This document shows, piece by piece, positions 33,743 to 48,200 of a stretch of DNA of 64,000 nucleotides; positions within the stretch are counted from its first letter, which is position 1, and each line of letters starts with the position of its first letter. Made by a program: the position numbers and the translations under genes. Source of the stretch: Ruditapes philippinarum. Its lineage: Eukaryota. Location: the NCBI RefSeq assembly GCF_026571515.1, contig NW_026854858.1:1-64000 (forward strand), read 5' to 3'. Below the pieces are notes generated by a model. The model saw only the letters and a program-made list of their open reading frames with translations. It had not been told where the DNA came from and did no database searches.

Positions 33743-36368
33743 TGATTACATGTTGTCTTATTATTCGTTAATTGTTTACACCATGTTTTCTTTTGTAATT
33801 TTTGATAAATGTATTGAGATGACCGCATTTAAAGACATTATTTTCTCATTATATTCTCTTTTAGGACACATGCATTCTTTAATTCGGGAAACATTCGCTG
33901 CTATCTCACAAGTAAATAAAGCAATACATCTCTAAATGAATTATTTATTACCGCTGCGTTTTGCCCCCAAGAATTAATTTCCTGTTGAACACAAATGACT
34001 TTCTTAAGAATGAAAGTTGTTAATTTAACAGCTTAGACAATTCCATTATACACTTCATGATCTCTTAAAACATTTTCTTATCTAAACGCACACTCATTCA
34101 TTTTTAATCTTAACGCATTGCCTCTCGGAAATTTATAGAGATTATAATTTATTTGCTGCTCTTTTAAGGCGGGATGCTTTTGTTTTGAAATTCAAGTGCT
34201 GTTAAACAGCTACCTTTCGGTTAATGAAGGTTTAGAATTTTATTTCACAATGGATGCATCTCTATTTTTCGGACACATTCGGGTTGCTGTAGATATAAGT
34301 TCCATCTTGAGATTTTATTTATTATACATTTCTAAGACATTATTTTTCTCACCGACCCTAACATCACGTGTCGTTGTTTTAAGAGATTATTAGACATGAA
34401 TTGTCTTAATTTTTTCAACCTAGTTTTGTTGTCTTCAAAAGTAAACAAAACTTTTCCTAATACACCATTTTTGTATTTCAAAATATATAAAACATCCCCT
34501 TTCAATAAATATCATACATAATTTTTTATTTAATACTTTGCCCTAGACAAATGTAACATGCTTTTTAACACAACAATATAAAGCCATTGTAACATTTAAG
34601 TATTTGTCTGACAATTCAATTACAAAAAGTTTTATTTCCTGCCCACTACGCTGAAGAATCTGACATTAATTCAAATAAATGTTTAGAAAAAAAACTGATT
34701 ACAGGATCTTTATGTAAAGTAATTTTCTTAACTCTCTAAAGGGACCAAATGTTGAGTCAATGCTTCTAATATTTGTTTGTTTACGATAAGTCTTCTACGT
34801 TTGAATTTTTGCTTAAAAAGTTTATTATAAATGGAATTAGTCTATACAAGCGAAAGTCTGTAATACAGTAAATGATCACGTGGATGGTATTTAGTATCAC
34901 ACATAATAACAAGTCACGGAAGAAAGTTACATAGATACTGTTGGCAAGTGTGAGACACATGATTCGATATAACATTTGATATATTTATATTGTAGATAAT
35001 AAATTGTTCTAGAAGAAACTATTTATATTCATCATAAAAAATGTTCATACTTGTGTGATTACATGATGTCTTATTATTATTCATTAATTTGTTTACACCA
35101 GGTTTTCTTTTGTAATTTTAGATAAATGTATTGAGATGACCGCATTTAAAGACATTATTCTCTCATTATATTCTCTTTTAGGACACATGCATTCTTTTAT
35201 TTGGGAAACATTCGCTGCTATCTCACAAGTAAATAAAGCAATACATCTCTAAATGAATTATTTATTACCGCTGCGTTTTGCCCCCAAAAATTAATTTCCT
35301 GTTGAACACAAATGACTTTCTTAAGAAGGAAAGTTGTTAATTTAACAGTTTAGACAACACCATTATACACTTCATGATCTCTTAAAACATTTTCTTATCT
35401 AAACGCACACTCATTCATTTTTAATCTTAACGCATTGCCGCTCGGAAATTTATAGAGATTATAATTTATTTGCAGCTCCTTTAAGATGGGATGCTTTTGT
35501 TTTGAAATTCAAGTGCTGTTAAACAGCTAAAGTTCGGTGAATCAAGTTTTGAAATTTTATTTCACAATGGATGCATCTCTATTTTTCGGATACATTTCTG
35601 ATGCTATAGATGTAGGTTCCATTTTGAGATTTTAAGTCGAATATACATTTCTAAGACATTTTTTTTCTCACCAACCCTAACATCACGTGTCGTTGTTTTT
35701 TAAGAGATTATTGGACATGAATTGTCTTAATTTTTTCAACCTAGTTGTGTTGTCTTCAAAAGTAAACAAAACTTTTCCTAATACACCATTTTTGTATTTC
35801 AAAATATATAAAACATCCCCTTTCAATAAATATCATACATAATTTTTTATTTAATACTTTGCCCTAGACAAACGTAACATGCTTTTTAACACAACAATAT
35901 AAAGCCATTGTAACATTTAAGTATTTGTCTGACAATTCAATTACAAAAAGTTTTATTTCCTGCCCACTACGCTGAAGAATCTGACATTAATTCAAATAAA
36001 TGTTTAGAAAAAAAACTGATTACAGGATCTTTATGTAATGTAATTTTCTTAACTCTCTAAAGGGATCAAATGTTGAGTCAATGCTTCTAAGATTTGTTTG
36101 TTTACGATAAGTCTTCTACGTTTGAATTTTTCCTTAAAAGTTTTATTATAAATGGAATTTGTCTATACAATCGAAGGTCTGTAATACAGTAAATGATCAC
36201 GTGGATGGTATTTAGTATCACACATAATAACAAGTCACGGAAGAAAGTTACATAGATAATGTTGGCAAGTGTGAGACACATGATTCGATATAACATATGA
36301 TATATTTATATTGCAGATAATAAATTGTTCTAGAACAAACTATTAATATTCATCATAAAATGTTCATA
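33743..36368 (+). repeat. Tandem duplication of a ~1.32-kb non-coding unit
   Basis: Copy 1 ~33743-35049 and copy 2 ~35055-36368 are highly similar; paired spurious ORFs 34781-34975 and 36102-36296 are offset by 1321 bp. Confidence 0.93.
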
Positions 36369-38799
36369 ATAAATCAGTTACAATTTTATCAACATGTATT
36401 TCTTTACAGCAATATTATGGTTACTAATGTACGACAAAATAGCAATTATAATAATTATATAAAAAGCTTGAACAAGTATTTTAGTAAATGTGTGATTTAC
36501 TTTGATAAAATCTTATGTTTTTTCCGGAGACTAATTTTATCACCTGGTTATAGCAAAAGGTCATCGAATACATTATAAGAATCTTACACTGGCTGCCGGT
36601 ACAGACCATAATAACTAGTTCAAGAAGGAAATGAGGCTCTGAAGGCTAGATACTCCCGTTTGTACCAACATTCGGGGTTTGATTTTTTTCCCTGCAGATT
36701 ACAGATCAATTATTTTCAGAACAGAACTAACGAAAACTGATATTCTCATTACTAACATTTTTCTTATAGTAACGTATAGTAGCGTATGAACTTACAATTC
36801 AATTCTTTAAGGTAAATGACGTCATCCTAAGAACGCAATTAATTCACAAATGACACGCGGCAATGATGTCATTTAAAGCACGGGACTTGCCTTAGATGGG
36901 GAGTGTAAGACATGTATTTTATCACCGTTGTAAACAGTAGATAATCCTTTATAATATGCAAGAAATATGTGTGTAATAATGAAATTCATATTCGAAACGT
37001 ACAAATCATAGGTTAAGCAGGAATATTTAAACGTGAACGCTAGTAAAACTGCAAGTAAGGTGGCCTTAAATACATGCGATACCGATTATTTACATCGATA
37101 TCTTTGTTTCTATTACATAAGTGAATATTCTTAAAGCCAAACTACATAAACAATTGAGTACAACCTCAGAAAACTACTTTTTTCACTTGTAAGTTTACAG
37201 ATCATGTAATGAAGTTATCTTGAGAATTAAATAAACAATTTTATTTCAAAGGAATTTGAAATCAAAATACTTCAAAGAAAACCATTTAATCCAACAGGAA
37301 ATTAAAGATTTTGTGACGATGCAGCTGCAATAAATTATCATTTACAGGTTTATTATTTAAATGAGATGTCAGGGACTGGTTAAATAGATGAGCTGGAAAA
37401 CACATTCAATAACTCGACAAATACTGTGTATTAACAGACAGAATGCAAACACTTTGCACTTCCAGTAACAACATTTGGCCGCTGTTATTTACCAATATCA
37501 GTCAATATCAAAGAAAAATAAATATATCACTTACGTAAAATCTATACATTTTTATATCAAAATAAAATCTGAAGATAACTTAGCATTAATAGCGAGTGAC
37601 AAGGAAAGTTCTTAAAAACAAATTTTGCACGAAAGAGGTAACGACTACAAATTGTGTTAATTGTTAAACATGTTAAACGTCTTCTGAAAATAAATTCACT
37701 GTTATATTTGTTAACATAGTTTTTTTCCTACCGATTTATTTGTTATCTAAGGGTTACAAGGTGTCATTGTCAACCGTATGGAGGTCTGCTGGTAGTAAGA
37801 TGGATTGCCCCACGTTTTCGATGTTGTGATTGTGAAATTCAGATTACATTTGTTCTAATGTACCTAAAGAACACAAAAGAGAAAAAAGAAAAATCATTAT
37901 ATTTTCCCATCATATAAACAGACAAGTCAGTAATTTTTTCTAAAGGTCACAAAGATTTTTGTTTTATAAAGAACAAAGTGAAGGAATACACTTTACGAAT
38001 ACGTTTTCTTTTCAAAACATAATTTAGAAATTTTAAATTACACAGATATCAATCTTCTTAGATTTTGTCTGTAAAAGATAAATAGGCTACATATCACTGA
38101 CACCGACAAACAAAAGCGAAAATATTTAGGTAGCACAAAAATTTTACAAAAACTATAAAAATTATCAATTTTGAAGTATTTCGACAGGTGATTTAACTGC
38201 AATTAGCTAATACACCATTACATATCACCATTGAATTCTAGTATAACGTATTTATACTACCGTATCTATTCTATGCTATCCCTAATTCTTATGCAATGAT
38301 AATCTTAGTACAAGCTACTATATAAAACATTAATATTTCATGTGGAGATAAGATTATGATCCATTTCTGTCCGTTGTTAGCAAAATGATGATGGAGTGGA
38401 TGGCATTGAAAGTATGTTAAGTGTGAGTGATAATTGAACAGTAAACTTGGATAAGATGCTAACTTAACAGTACGTTACAAACAAGTCTAGGTAACTAAAA
38501 TACAGTTGGCACGGATGTCTTTACTAGTCATATTTTAATAGCATTATATTTTTGCTTATTGCTGAATGATATACACCAAGCATTTTATAGTAACTTTGCT
38601 TGATGTTGACTGTTTAATTAAACTGTATAAAACAATTGAAAAAGAAATGGAAAGAGAATTTAGTGTTCTAACAAAATGATATAAAAATCTTTTTGAATGA
38701 TGCTCAAAGTACTGATTTATCGTTAAATATTCCGAGATTTCTGTCTCTCTGTGAACCATACTATACACTGCGTCTCAATCTTATTGTGACGGCTTGTCG

Positions 38800-39035
38800 A
38801 GTGGCCTGTCAACCTAGGAACTCTGGCCGCGCGCTTTTAAACCCCGTTAGGGGCAACCATTGTTTCCTTAGCAAGAAACAATAAACTCATTGCGCAGTAC
38901 TAGTAAGTTCCTAGAATGGAATCTATAACCTTTACGCTACCAACACAATCGTTACTAAAATAAATTTGGACTGTCGGTGGTTCTACTCAGGTGCCCGTTC
39001 GTACCTGAAATAATGCATGGAGCGGCACCTGAGGT
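38800..39035 (+). mobile_element. Degraded SINE fragments (CORE-like plus a second mollusc SINE segment)
   Basis: AAACCCCGTTAGGGGCAACCATTGTTTCCTTAGCAAGAAAC...CAGTACTAG, then GTCGGTGGTTCTACTCAGGTGCCCG...GGCACCTGAG. Confidence 0.45.
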
Positions 39036-39659
39036 TTTGTTTTGGAACAAAATCTAAATAAATGGCATTAGTTTAATACGAAATAAAAAGAGAATGGAAT
39101 AAATAAAAATGTCATGAAGCATTGCGCGCGAGATTGAAAATATTCAATTTACTATCCAAACAATTTCAATAGAAATAGAATACTGTCATTACGTTGTTGC
39201 TAAAGTATCGGTTTCCCGAACAAAATTCCATGTCACACATTAGACAACCTTCAATAATGTAAATTGAAATCTTGTTTTCCCCCCAATTTGTTAGGAGTTT
39301 TTCAAAAGGAGTGTTATCGTCCTTCACTAAACTAGTTTAACATTTGATGTGAATCGTATTTCTTTTATACAACTTGTTCAGTAGTTTTGATATTTTTGCA
39401 CAAGTGGTTCTTTCTTGTAGACAAATGTATTGAAACATCGGACTAGCATCCCCAAAATGTATGAAAAATAAGCCATTGTGTTCAAAAAAGTATTTAATAT
39501 ATAAAAAATCTGTTTTTTTTACTCAGTAAGGCAAAAGAGATATTTGACTGGAGTAAACCTGTGATAATAATGATAATTTAGTCTTTGTTATGCATACGTT
39601 ATTAAAAGACTACATGATAACATTCATATCTGCACATCAAATAGTGTAAAGTGTTAACG

Positions 39660-40705
39660 AGGTTTCTAAATATTTAGACTGTATGACCTACTTCTTGACC
39701 TAAGATAATCCGTATTTTTGAGCTTAAAATCATCTTAACAGCATTTTTGACCAATATCTAGAATATCGGGACCAAAACAATAGCATCTTGTATCCGCTAG
39801 GCTTTTCGTGTTTGGGCTGTGTGACTCAGTTGCGAGTGATGAAACATATTTAAAACTGCCCTAGAAATCATCAAAAACAACCTGTCTGACCTATTTTTAT
39901 AGGATATTTAGACTGAAACAGTAGCAGTGTTTTTCAATTTTTGTTAACCAATGGCCCACCGGAGTGGGGCTAATTATGATACTAGAAGCAAACTTTAAAC
40001 TTTGTTAGATGACATATAGATAATATAATTTACAAACTATCAAAGCTCTTTACCCAATATCTTCAAGAAGGAATATTTTCCAAAATTTTTCACTTTAAGT
40101 ACAAATTGAAAAAAATAACTGGCCCCTGGGCGGGGACAATTTTGACCCCAGTACTATTATTTGAACAATGTCGGTAGAGAACCGCTACACACTGTTTTAA
40201 ATATATCCAACATTTAGCCTTTTTCAATTCAGAGATGTTATTGTAGAGTTAGATTAGATGATTCTACACACAAAATATCTAAGCTCTTGGCCTTTTACTT
40301 TCAGAGAAAAAAATGTTTTACAGTTAATACTATATGAACATAATGAAAATTAATGACCCCGGGGCGGGGCCAATTTTGACCCCAGGACTATAATTTGTAC
40401 AGTTTTGGTATAGATCAATTGCATAATGTTTCACACAAAATGTCTAACCTATAGCCTTTGACAAAACATTGAAAATATTTATTTGAGTAATCTATTTTCA
40501 GCCTTTCTGACCCAGATGTTCAATGGAGCAAAACCATTTGAGCTTTATCCTAGAAACATCCCATGAATATTTCATCAAATTTGACACGGTGGTTTCTGAG
40601 AAGTCGTTTGTATAAACGCAGGCACACACTGACGGGCGATGAACGCCGGACAAATTTTGATCACAAAAGCACACCTTGAGAACTTTATGCACCGATGAGT
40701 ATCTG
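39660..40705. repeat. Degraded HINE-like element with BIV160-like satellite monomers
   Basis: Recurrent GGCCCC..GGGCGGGGCCAATTTTGACCCCAG at ~39953, 40121, 40355; degenerate terminal hairpin GATCACAAAAGCACACCTTGAGAACTTTATGCACCGATGAG. Confidence 0.6.
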
Positions 40706-41289
40706 ATTCAATAAACAACAGTTTTTGTAGAATGTCTATCATACATATCACACACTCATGCAAAAATTACATTATACCAAATGAATAACATACTGCTAGC
40801 ATTTCCCTATCTAACTCTTTACAATTTTATCTTACTTTTTTTCCTTTAGCCATCAGACCGTAGTGTTTTCAATAGAAAGCGAATTAAATAAAATGGCAAC
40901 AATAAGGATTTCCACAACAAAATTTAAGAACAAATTTCACAAATGAAGTGACTGCTTGGTTGAAATCTATGAACAGTATAAATAATTCTATAAATCAAGC
41001 AGACTAATCATATAGACAATTTATTAAAAAAAAATGATTTCAAACATATATAGAAATTTTGACGAAGCGTGATCTCTAGGAATCATTTAACACAACGAAA
41101 ATGAAAACATGAAAATCAAAGACATGCTCTCTGCCCTGTCCTGATTTTGTTTTGAGTCCCCCTTGGCTCCTGGTTCTATTTTCCTTGTTGATCTTGTTCA
41201 CCATATTTGATCGAGTCTGTACATGAGGGATAATAAAAAAATGCAAAATATGAAAAACAATGATCAACAAAGAAGGTAGGCTTTCAATG

Positions 41290-41510
41290 TTTGTTTGTTT
41301 GTTTGTTTCATTTTACGCCCTTTGCAACAGTATTTCAGTCATATAGGCGGGTAGTTTCCTAACCATCGTTCCTGGAGAGTTACACCAGTACTAGACTACC
41401 TTCCTCCGCGCTAAACTACCAAAGCATCTCCCGGGGATCGAACCCACGCCAGAGAGGTAACTGGATTAGAATTCATCGACTCTAACCCCTCGACCACGGA
41501 GGCGGCGACG
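41290..41510 (-). mobile_element. tRNA-derived SINE with (AAAC)n tail, copy 1
   Basis: Minus-strand GTGGTCGAGGGG / GGTTCGATCCCC Pol III boxes; TSD TTCAATG (41283-89 / 41511-17); near-identical to 43073-43278. Confidence 0.85.
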
Positions 41511-43072
41511 TTCAATGAACGGGACCAAACATCAAACCTTCAATGAACGCCACCCTTCACACAGCAGTCATCTGGAATTGCTTGAAGAAATAAATGTCAA
41601 AGAATTACAAGCCAACGGCAAAATGCTGTTTCATGCTTCATCGAAATAAAAACAGTCTAATGTGTGTCACTACTGCATATGCCATAAGAAAGTAATTTAC
41701 ACATTGCAAAGATCGAAGTTCCGATTGTTGTCGTAATTTACTGCAATTTTTTTTATAATAACGATACTGTAATTACTCAGGAATGATATCTGATCTTCAC
41801 CCAATAATAAACGTTATCATATAACTATTGTATAATTACACAAGCTTGTTAGATGACCTTATTATTCATAAATTGAGTTATCACTAAACCAAATTTGTTT
41901 AAACGTATTTAGTTTTTGTTGTATCGTAAGTGAAATGTCTCAAAAACTGCGAGAGAAAATGAATAAAATCGTATTGCAAAGTGAATTTCTTAAGTAAGAA
42001 AACCCTTTGTGAAAAGCGGAAATGACATTATGCAAATTAATTTATCTAAAGTCTACGTGTACGTTTTGAAACAATGTTGAGCTGGCGTAGAACACTTTTT
42101 TTTTCTTTTTCTCCGCTTTCCTGTTCGTGTAAGTGACCCAAATTTCGTGGTTAAATGCGATGTGAAGGACATAATGATAGTTATACATTGTCAAAAATAA
42201 GAGGACAATGCTAACTTTATATGTTGGTATGTATGCTACTAGTTATTGATCTGTTATAAGCAGATAAACAATATAAGTGATAGTGTTATCCAAATTGCCC
42301 TACTTCTGACATTGATTTAATATATTTGCTAACCAACACAATTATTCAATTATACTTAAGGAATTACTACACGACGCCCATATTCAACATATAACAACGT
42401 CATACCTTATTGTACCTTTACAAACTTATATTTTTCTGTAAGAGTTCTTATATAAAATGCACTGGAAACTGCTAATACCATCTAAAATGTTTTATACAAC
42501 TCCAGGAAAGCACATAATTGACTAACGCGTTTTTTTTCTCTAACAAAAATTCAATGATCAAATTAAAGTGAATATTTTGGTTTTTTTGAAGACATGGATT
42601 TAAGGATGTCATCAAATATTTGTATATTTATATTCGTTTTGTGACTCCCGTTAGTTTAGACAAATGTCAATTCATGACATTCTGTTAAACATTGTAGACA
42701 CAATATTGTGTTTACATATCACAAAGCCTAAGTATAAATATACCAATTATAAATAGATTATACAAATGGAATCCATATGATGTTCAAAGCGGCAAAATTG
42801 CATGTGTTGCATACTAGCTTCTGTTAACTCTTTTCATCAAAACATTTTTATAACCATTTTACCAAGTAACAATTGCAAAATAGGCTGAAGAAGAATGAGT
42901 TTCAATGAAAACAAATATTGACATGTCTTTAGCGAAACCCCCGCGGGAAAATACCCGAATAAATACTGTTTTAGATACTTGTTTTGTTTAAATGCTTCTT
43001 AAGAAACCCTATCCCACTCCAATGATATCCTACTGTGTTAATTTATACTCATTGTTCCATTGAAAGCAACGT

Positions 43073-43278
43073 TTGTTTGTTTGTATCATTTTACGCCTTT
43101 TCCCAACAGTATTTCAGTCATATAGGCGGGTAGTTTCCTAACCATCGTTCCTGGAGAGTTACACCACTACCTTCCTCCGCGCTAAACTACCAAAGCATCT
43201 CCCGGGGATCGAACCCACGCCAGAGAGGTAACTGGATTAGAAGTCATCGACTCTAACCCCTCGACCACGGAAGCGGTA
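43073..43278 (-). mobile_element. tRNA-derived SINE with (AAAC)n tail, copy 2
   Basis: Same family as 41290-41510; 11-bp TSD GAAAGCAACGT (43062-72 / 43279-89). Confidence 0.85.
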
Positions 43279-44094
43279 GAAAGCAACGTGAAATGAATTG
43301 AGTAATAATGATTTACAAAATCAGTAACAAATAAAATCAATTTATCAGTATCAGTCGACCTCAGCATTGCTATTTAGGACATTCTGCCCTAAGAGACCAT
43401 CCTCATCTACAACATGCAATGTGTGTAAAGTTATTGTTCAGTTTGGTGCTATGGCTTAAACAATTGTTAGCATAAAATAAACTTCAAAGTTCAAATCTGT
43501 GCCCTATCTATGCCTTCAATTTTTCTACTAGATAAAAACATAAATATGATAATTTTGTGATATGGTATTTAACTCCCCAAAATACTTACGTTAAAGGAAC
43601 ATTTAGGATGGAACAAATGATCAGAACTTTGCTAACGCCCGATCTCACTTTTTGTTGATAATTTCTTTTCTTACATCAGGTGTACAGTACAGCTCAAGCG
43701 ATTTTTCAACTTTCAGCTCAGTCACCGCGGACGTTTTTAACGGCGAGCGGAAAATTACAGGGGACATACTATGGACAGCCACGGCGGCAAATCACATTGG
43801 ACGGGTAATAAAAAAAACCCACAATCCGCCGTGTAAATGTTCACGTAAAAGTAAAACGATATTTGCCGGGTAAAACACATTACAAAAGAGTTCAATGAAA
43901 AAGTAATTTTTTAGAAATTATGTTCATACTAAAAACAATAAACGCTACTTATATAATATACACGCACATTTAAATGCCGACCAATCTTTACGAGGCGTTA
44001 AATCCAATCAAGGAACCAATTTATTTATTATTTGCCCATGACCGCTTCAATAAGCAATTACACCTACACAAATCAAGCAATTAGCACATACACA

Positions 44095-44720
44095 TACGAG
44101 GTATGATCAAGAAAGTCTCGGCCCTATGCACTTCTTGCCAGTGCACTGACATTTACACACTATTCGTCGATACCTATGTAATATTGAAGATTACTGACAT
44201 AGTTACAGGCGGTTTTATGAAGTAACATAAAACATACTTTGATCAGAAGAGGGGTGTGTCATGTAGACCAAATGGAGAAAGTTGAAATCAGAGTCGTCAT
44301 TAAGTACCTCTGTAAGAAAGGGATGTCTCCTAAAGAAATCCATGAATACACTTGGGAAGGAGTCCCCTTCCTATAACACTGTGAAAAAAATGGGCTGCTG
44401 AATTCAAGAGGGGCAGTGAGAGTATTTGAGATGATGAGCGGCCTGAGCGGCTTAAAGAGGCGACCAATGATGAAACTGCCAAAGCTGTACACGATCTGGT
44501 CAGGTGCGACAGAAGGGGAGACCTGCAAAGCATTGCTAGGGAAGTAGGTATAAGCTTTGGTTCATTCAAGGCAATGCTGACTGATGTCATGGAGGGGGCC
44601 AATGAGTTATTTCAGGACCAAAATAGAGTAAAATAGATTTCTATTTGAAGGGTCGAACAATTTGAAGCACAGGTTGGCTGGCAAAGTGCATTGATGTAGA
44701 TAAATTACGTTAAAAGTAAG
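44095..44720 (+). mobile_element. Internally deleted Tc1/mariner element (transposase pseudogene)
   Basis: TA+CGAGG 5' end. From ATG 44272: MEKVEIRVVIKYLCKKGMSPKEIHE..TLGKESPSYNTVKK/WAAEFKRG...DDERPER...IAREVGISFGS (mariner HTH), jumping directly to C-terminal remnants (FQDQN...KCIDV..YV). Catalytic domain absent; 3' TIR not seen. Confidence 0.85.
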
Positions 44721-44730
44721 ATATAACATT

Positions 44731-45230
44731 TTGTTTGTTTGTTTGTTTGGATTTTTATGCCACGTCAACACATTACTGGCCATATCGTGCCGAACACTAT
44801 AATGGGCTTAAAATGTTATGTTAAACTTTGTAAATGACAATGAATATAAGCCAATTAGATCCAAGAATACAATGTTATCTCTTTAAAATAATCAATGATG
44901 TTTTTAGATGGAAATGTATTAAAGAGATCTTTTGAGTAAATTCACACAAAATCTATTACGGGCCTGTGAAAAATAATGACATTCAAGATGAAAATGTATG
45001 AAAGTAAAAGTTTCATTACAACATACACAGAAAGGGGCATTGTCATTCGTGAGGAGATAAAAGTGGGTAATTTTAGTGTGTCCGATTCGGCATCGAAGAA
45101 GAACTGTTTGATCATGGCTGTTTGACAGAGAAAGAGATGGTGACACATCAAGAGATGGGTTTATTTCATGAAGTTTATTAAAAACGGCATTGTCCCAATT
45201 TGCTTTACATATTAGCGTTTTAATTTGGAT
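44731..45230 (-). mobile_element. 3' fragment of I/Nimb-group LINE (ORF2 C-terminal zinc knuckle + 3'UTR + (AAAC)n tail)
   Basis: Minus frame WDNAVFNKLHEINP...LLRCRIGHTKITHFYLL..APFCVCCNETFTFIHFHLEC, the RLRIGHT..CxxC..HxxxxC motif of I-group LINEs; tail of (TTTG)n at 44731. Confidence 0.8.
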
Positions 45231-48200
45231 GTTGAAAAATTTGTCTATCTATAACATGCTGATTATACGGTACCGCTCTTCTTTATTTATATTAACAATC
45301 TTTTTTTGTCTTCATCATTCTTTTTATTTGTTTACTTATAAAATGGCGCTACGAAGTCGCAAGTGATCCACGCGCATAACTTAATGATTGACGTGAATGA
45401 ATGATCTATTGTTAACGTGGGATATAGCCTGATTTAGGAATAAGAATTTTCCTGTCATTTACCTCATCAGCTCATGTTTGAAATTTTTTACGTTGCAAGT
45501 TGAACTGTATTTATTTACCAAACAAACGTATATGTTAACCTACCTTGCTTTGAATAATGTAAATATTTAAACATCGAAAGTAATGAAAAAATCTGTTTTA
45601 TTTACATGATACCACAAGTTGGCAATTATAAATAGTGTATAATTATGTAAATTGGATGAAACTTTGCCCTTGTATTTACATGTAGCCATGTCTCTTGAGG
45701 AAAACGCATTTCAATACACCTAGCTGTGTATTGATAATCATAATCAAATTCACCATAGCTTCATTTATTTTTGTAGATGCAGCACAATGTACAAACATTA
45801 TTTTGTTTTTCAATCTTTTACCCTCGTTCATACGAGGGTGTTATGAGCTGTGGTGCTACAACTTCAACCGTACATATGCAAAACGTTCTAAGTGATGTTG
45901 TGCCTGTCTGATCGTTAACAAAACGTTGTCAACTTTGCAAAATAAATATATGCTTTTACAGTATTGTCTTTTAATACTGTTTAATGACTTATAAACTTAA
46001 CATCGTCATTCTCACAAAAACTTGTTGTGACGTTGTTGATACACTGTAATTCGTTTCCATGAGTGAATACTCGTACCTAATAGTTTCGTACTAGAGAGCG
46101 AATGCATAGTCGTTTGTGGATGCTGCTTTAAAGTATATAATAATAAGAAAATAATGAGGTGATCATAATCAACACAAGACAGTTTTTATTCATTTTCATC
46201 CAAAATATAGGTATTTTGTGTGTGTACATCTAGATCTAACGTAACATACTGTGAGATGGGGTGGACTTAAAACGTAGATATCGCTGTTATTCTTGCCGAG
46301 GGTTCAGAACGCGACATACGTCAAATGATGTCTGAAAAAACCCCAACCCAAAACCTACAAGCAGGAAGGCCCAAATATCTGAAGCACAAGGGGACATATC
46401 AACAAATAAGCATCCTTCCAACAAGAACAGGAAAGCAGACACTAAGGTGCAGTAATGTATTTTTTTTCTTTTACAGTTGAAACATGTTCATTTTTTTTCT
46501 TTCATTTCCTCGGTCATTATCATCTGTTGGAAGTGTTGAAAGCTTTTTCCTTCAGAAGTCTCTTTAAACAGTTTCGTTTCTTAGGTAGATTTCCTGTTCC
46601 TTTTCCACCAAGAAGAATACATACTTGTGCTACCTTGTAACATGATCTATGCACCTATTACACAGTTTTATTGTTAAAATATCATACCAAAAGGGAATAA
46701 ATGCATCAATCAATACCTTTTTTGTCCGCTACTTCTCTCTTCATATGAGCCCACACCATTTTTATAGGATTGAGATCTGGAGACTCTGAAAATAAAATAA
46801 TATAAACATAAAGTTATTAGTGTGTAAACTAAATGCTTTCAAATAACATTTATATCTCTGTACGATAACTTTACAAAAGGAACTGTGTACATGTAACTTG
46901 CCGTAAACAGCACCCATATTAACAAACATGTTATAATTGACCAGCAACTGGACCGGAAAATGAGAATGAAGCAATGCCTTTTTTGATTTACAGTTTTACT
47001 ATTTATGAACTCATTTATTTTATAAATAACCCTTACATATAATACAGGTCTAAGTAAGTTAAAATATAATTCCTTCCATAATTCCTATCACTTTTATATA
47101 GTTTACTTTGCATGAATATCATGTATATTTTAAAATTAATATTAAACATTTCCATAAATAAATATTTAGATAAACTTTTAGTCAATCAATATTAACACTC
47201 TCTGAAATATTTTGTCGATGAGGTATAGTTATTAGAGTAATATGAATATGAACATTACCATAGTTATTTACATGCACTATGTTTGTTTTTTGACAACTTT
47301 TTACGATAGTTGTTACGAAACTAGCTTTATTGATATACTAATATTACACAATCACTTCATACACAGTAATAATTTTCAATATTTGGCTATATTTTTTGTA
47401 TAAAAATAATCAATTTTAAGTTTAAAATGATAAGAGAAAACTACAAAGATACAGTTATATATACACAGAGGATTACAACTAGGTGAATATGATAATATTG
47501 AGGTGTGTTCAACAGTAATTTTGTATTATATTGCACAATAAATGGCTAGAATTATTAAATTGAATTGGTTGTGAATGTACTATTATTTAAGATTATCGTG
47601 TACCTTTTTCCTTATTCATTAATACATACCAATAAGATTCTATGTGACTTTCATAATGGCTACTTATTGTAACTACTACCCATTAAATGTAAGGTGGAGG
47701 AGACATATGTCATTTTGACATTTCTTGTTAAACAAAGTTTTGTATTAATAAGTATTCATATTGCATATCAAATTAATTAGAAACATTGACAATGCATTCT
47801 ATTTGATTTGACTAAGTTATAAGACTTTCGTAGATGATCCAATGACAAAAATAAATCATTCAATTATTTTTTCTTCAGATGATATTTGCGCGTTATCTAG
47901 AAACAGATGGTAATTATGTTTAGAGTTGAAAACACAATTTTATATGTTTAACTTGTCCAATTTCTTCAATATAAAATCGTTGTCTAATTGATATTTATTT
48001 CTTATAGAAATTATTTTATATAAATTGAACGATCTAAATAGCAGTCGGTTCCAGTAAAGGTTTACGGAAATGCAAATGGCAGTTAAACTAATGGTAGTCT
48101 ATTTCCGATCAAGTACCTGAATAATGTATTCGATGTCGTCTTGCATTTTCCTGACCAAGTTGTAAACGAGTGAAAAACAATACATCTATTAACAGAGAAA

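Noticed and set aside
34781-36296. Two near-identical 64-aa ORFs suggesting a duplicated small gene
   Set aside because: Simply a consequence of the 1.32-kb duplication; composition is typical of random AT-rich ORFs with no splice or domain support.
44259-44602. Minus-strand ORFs of 89-90 aa
   Set aside because: Antisense shadows of the mariner transposase remnant.
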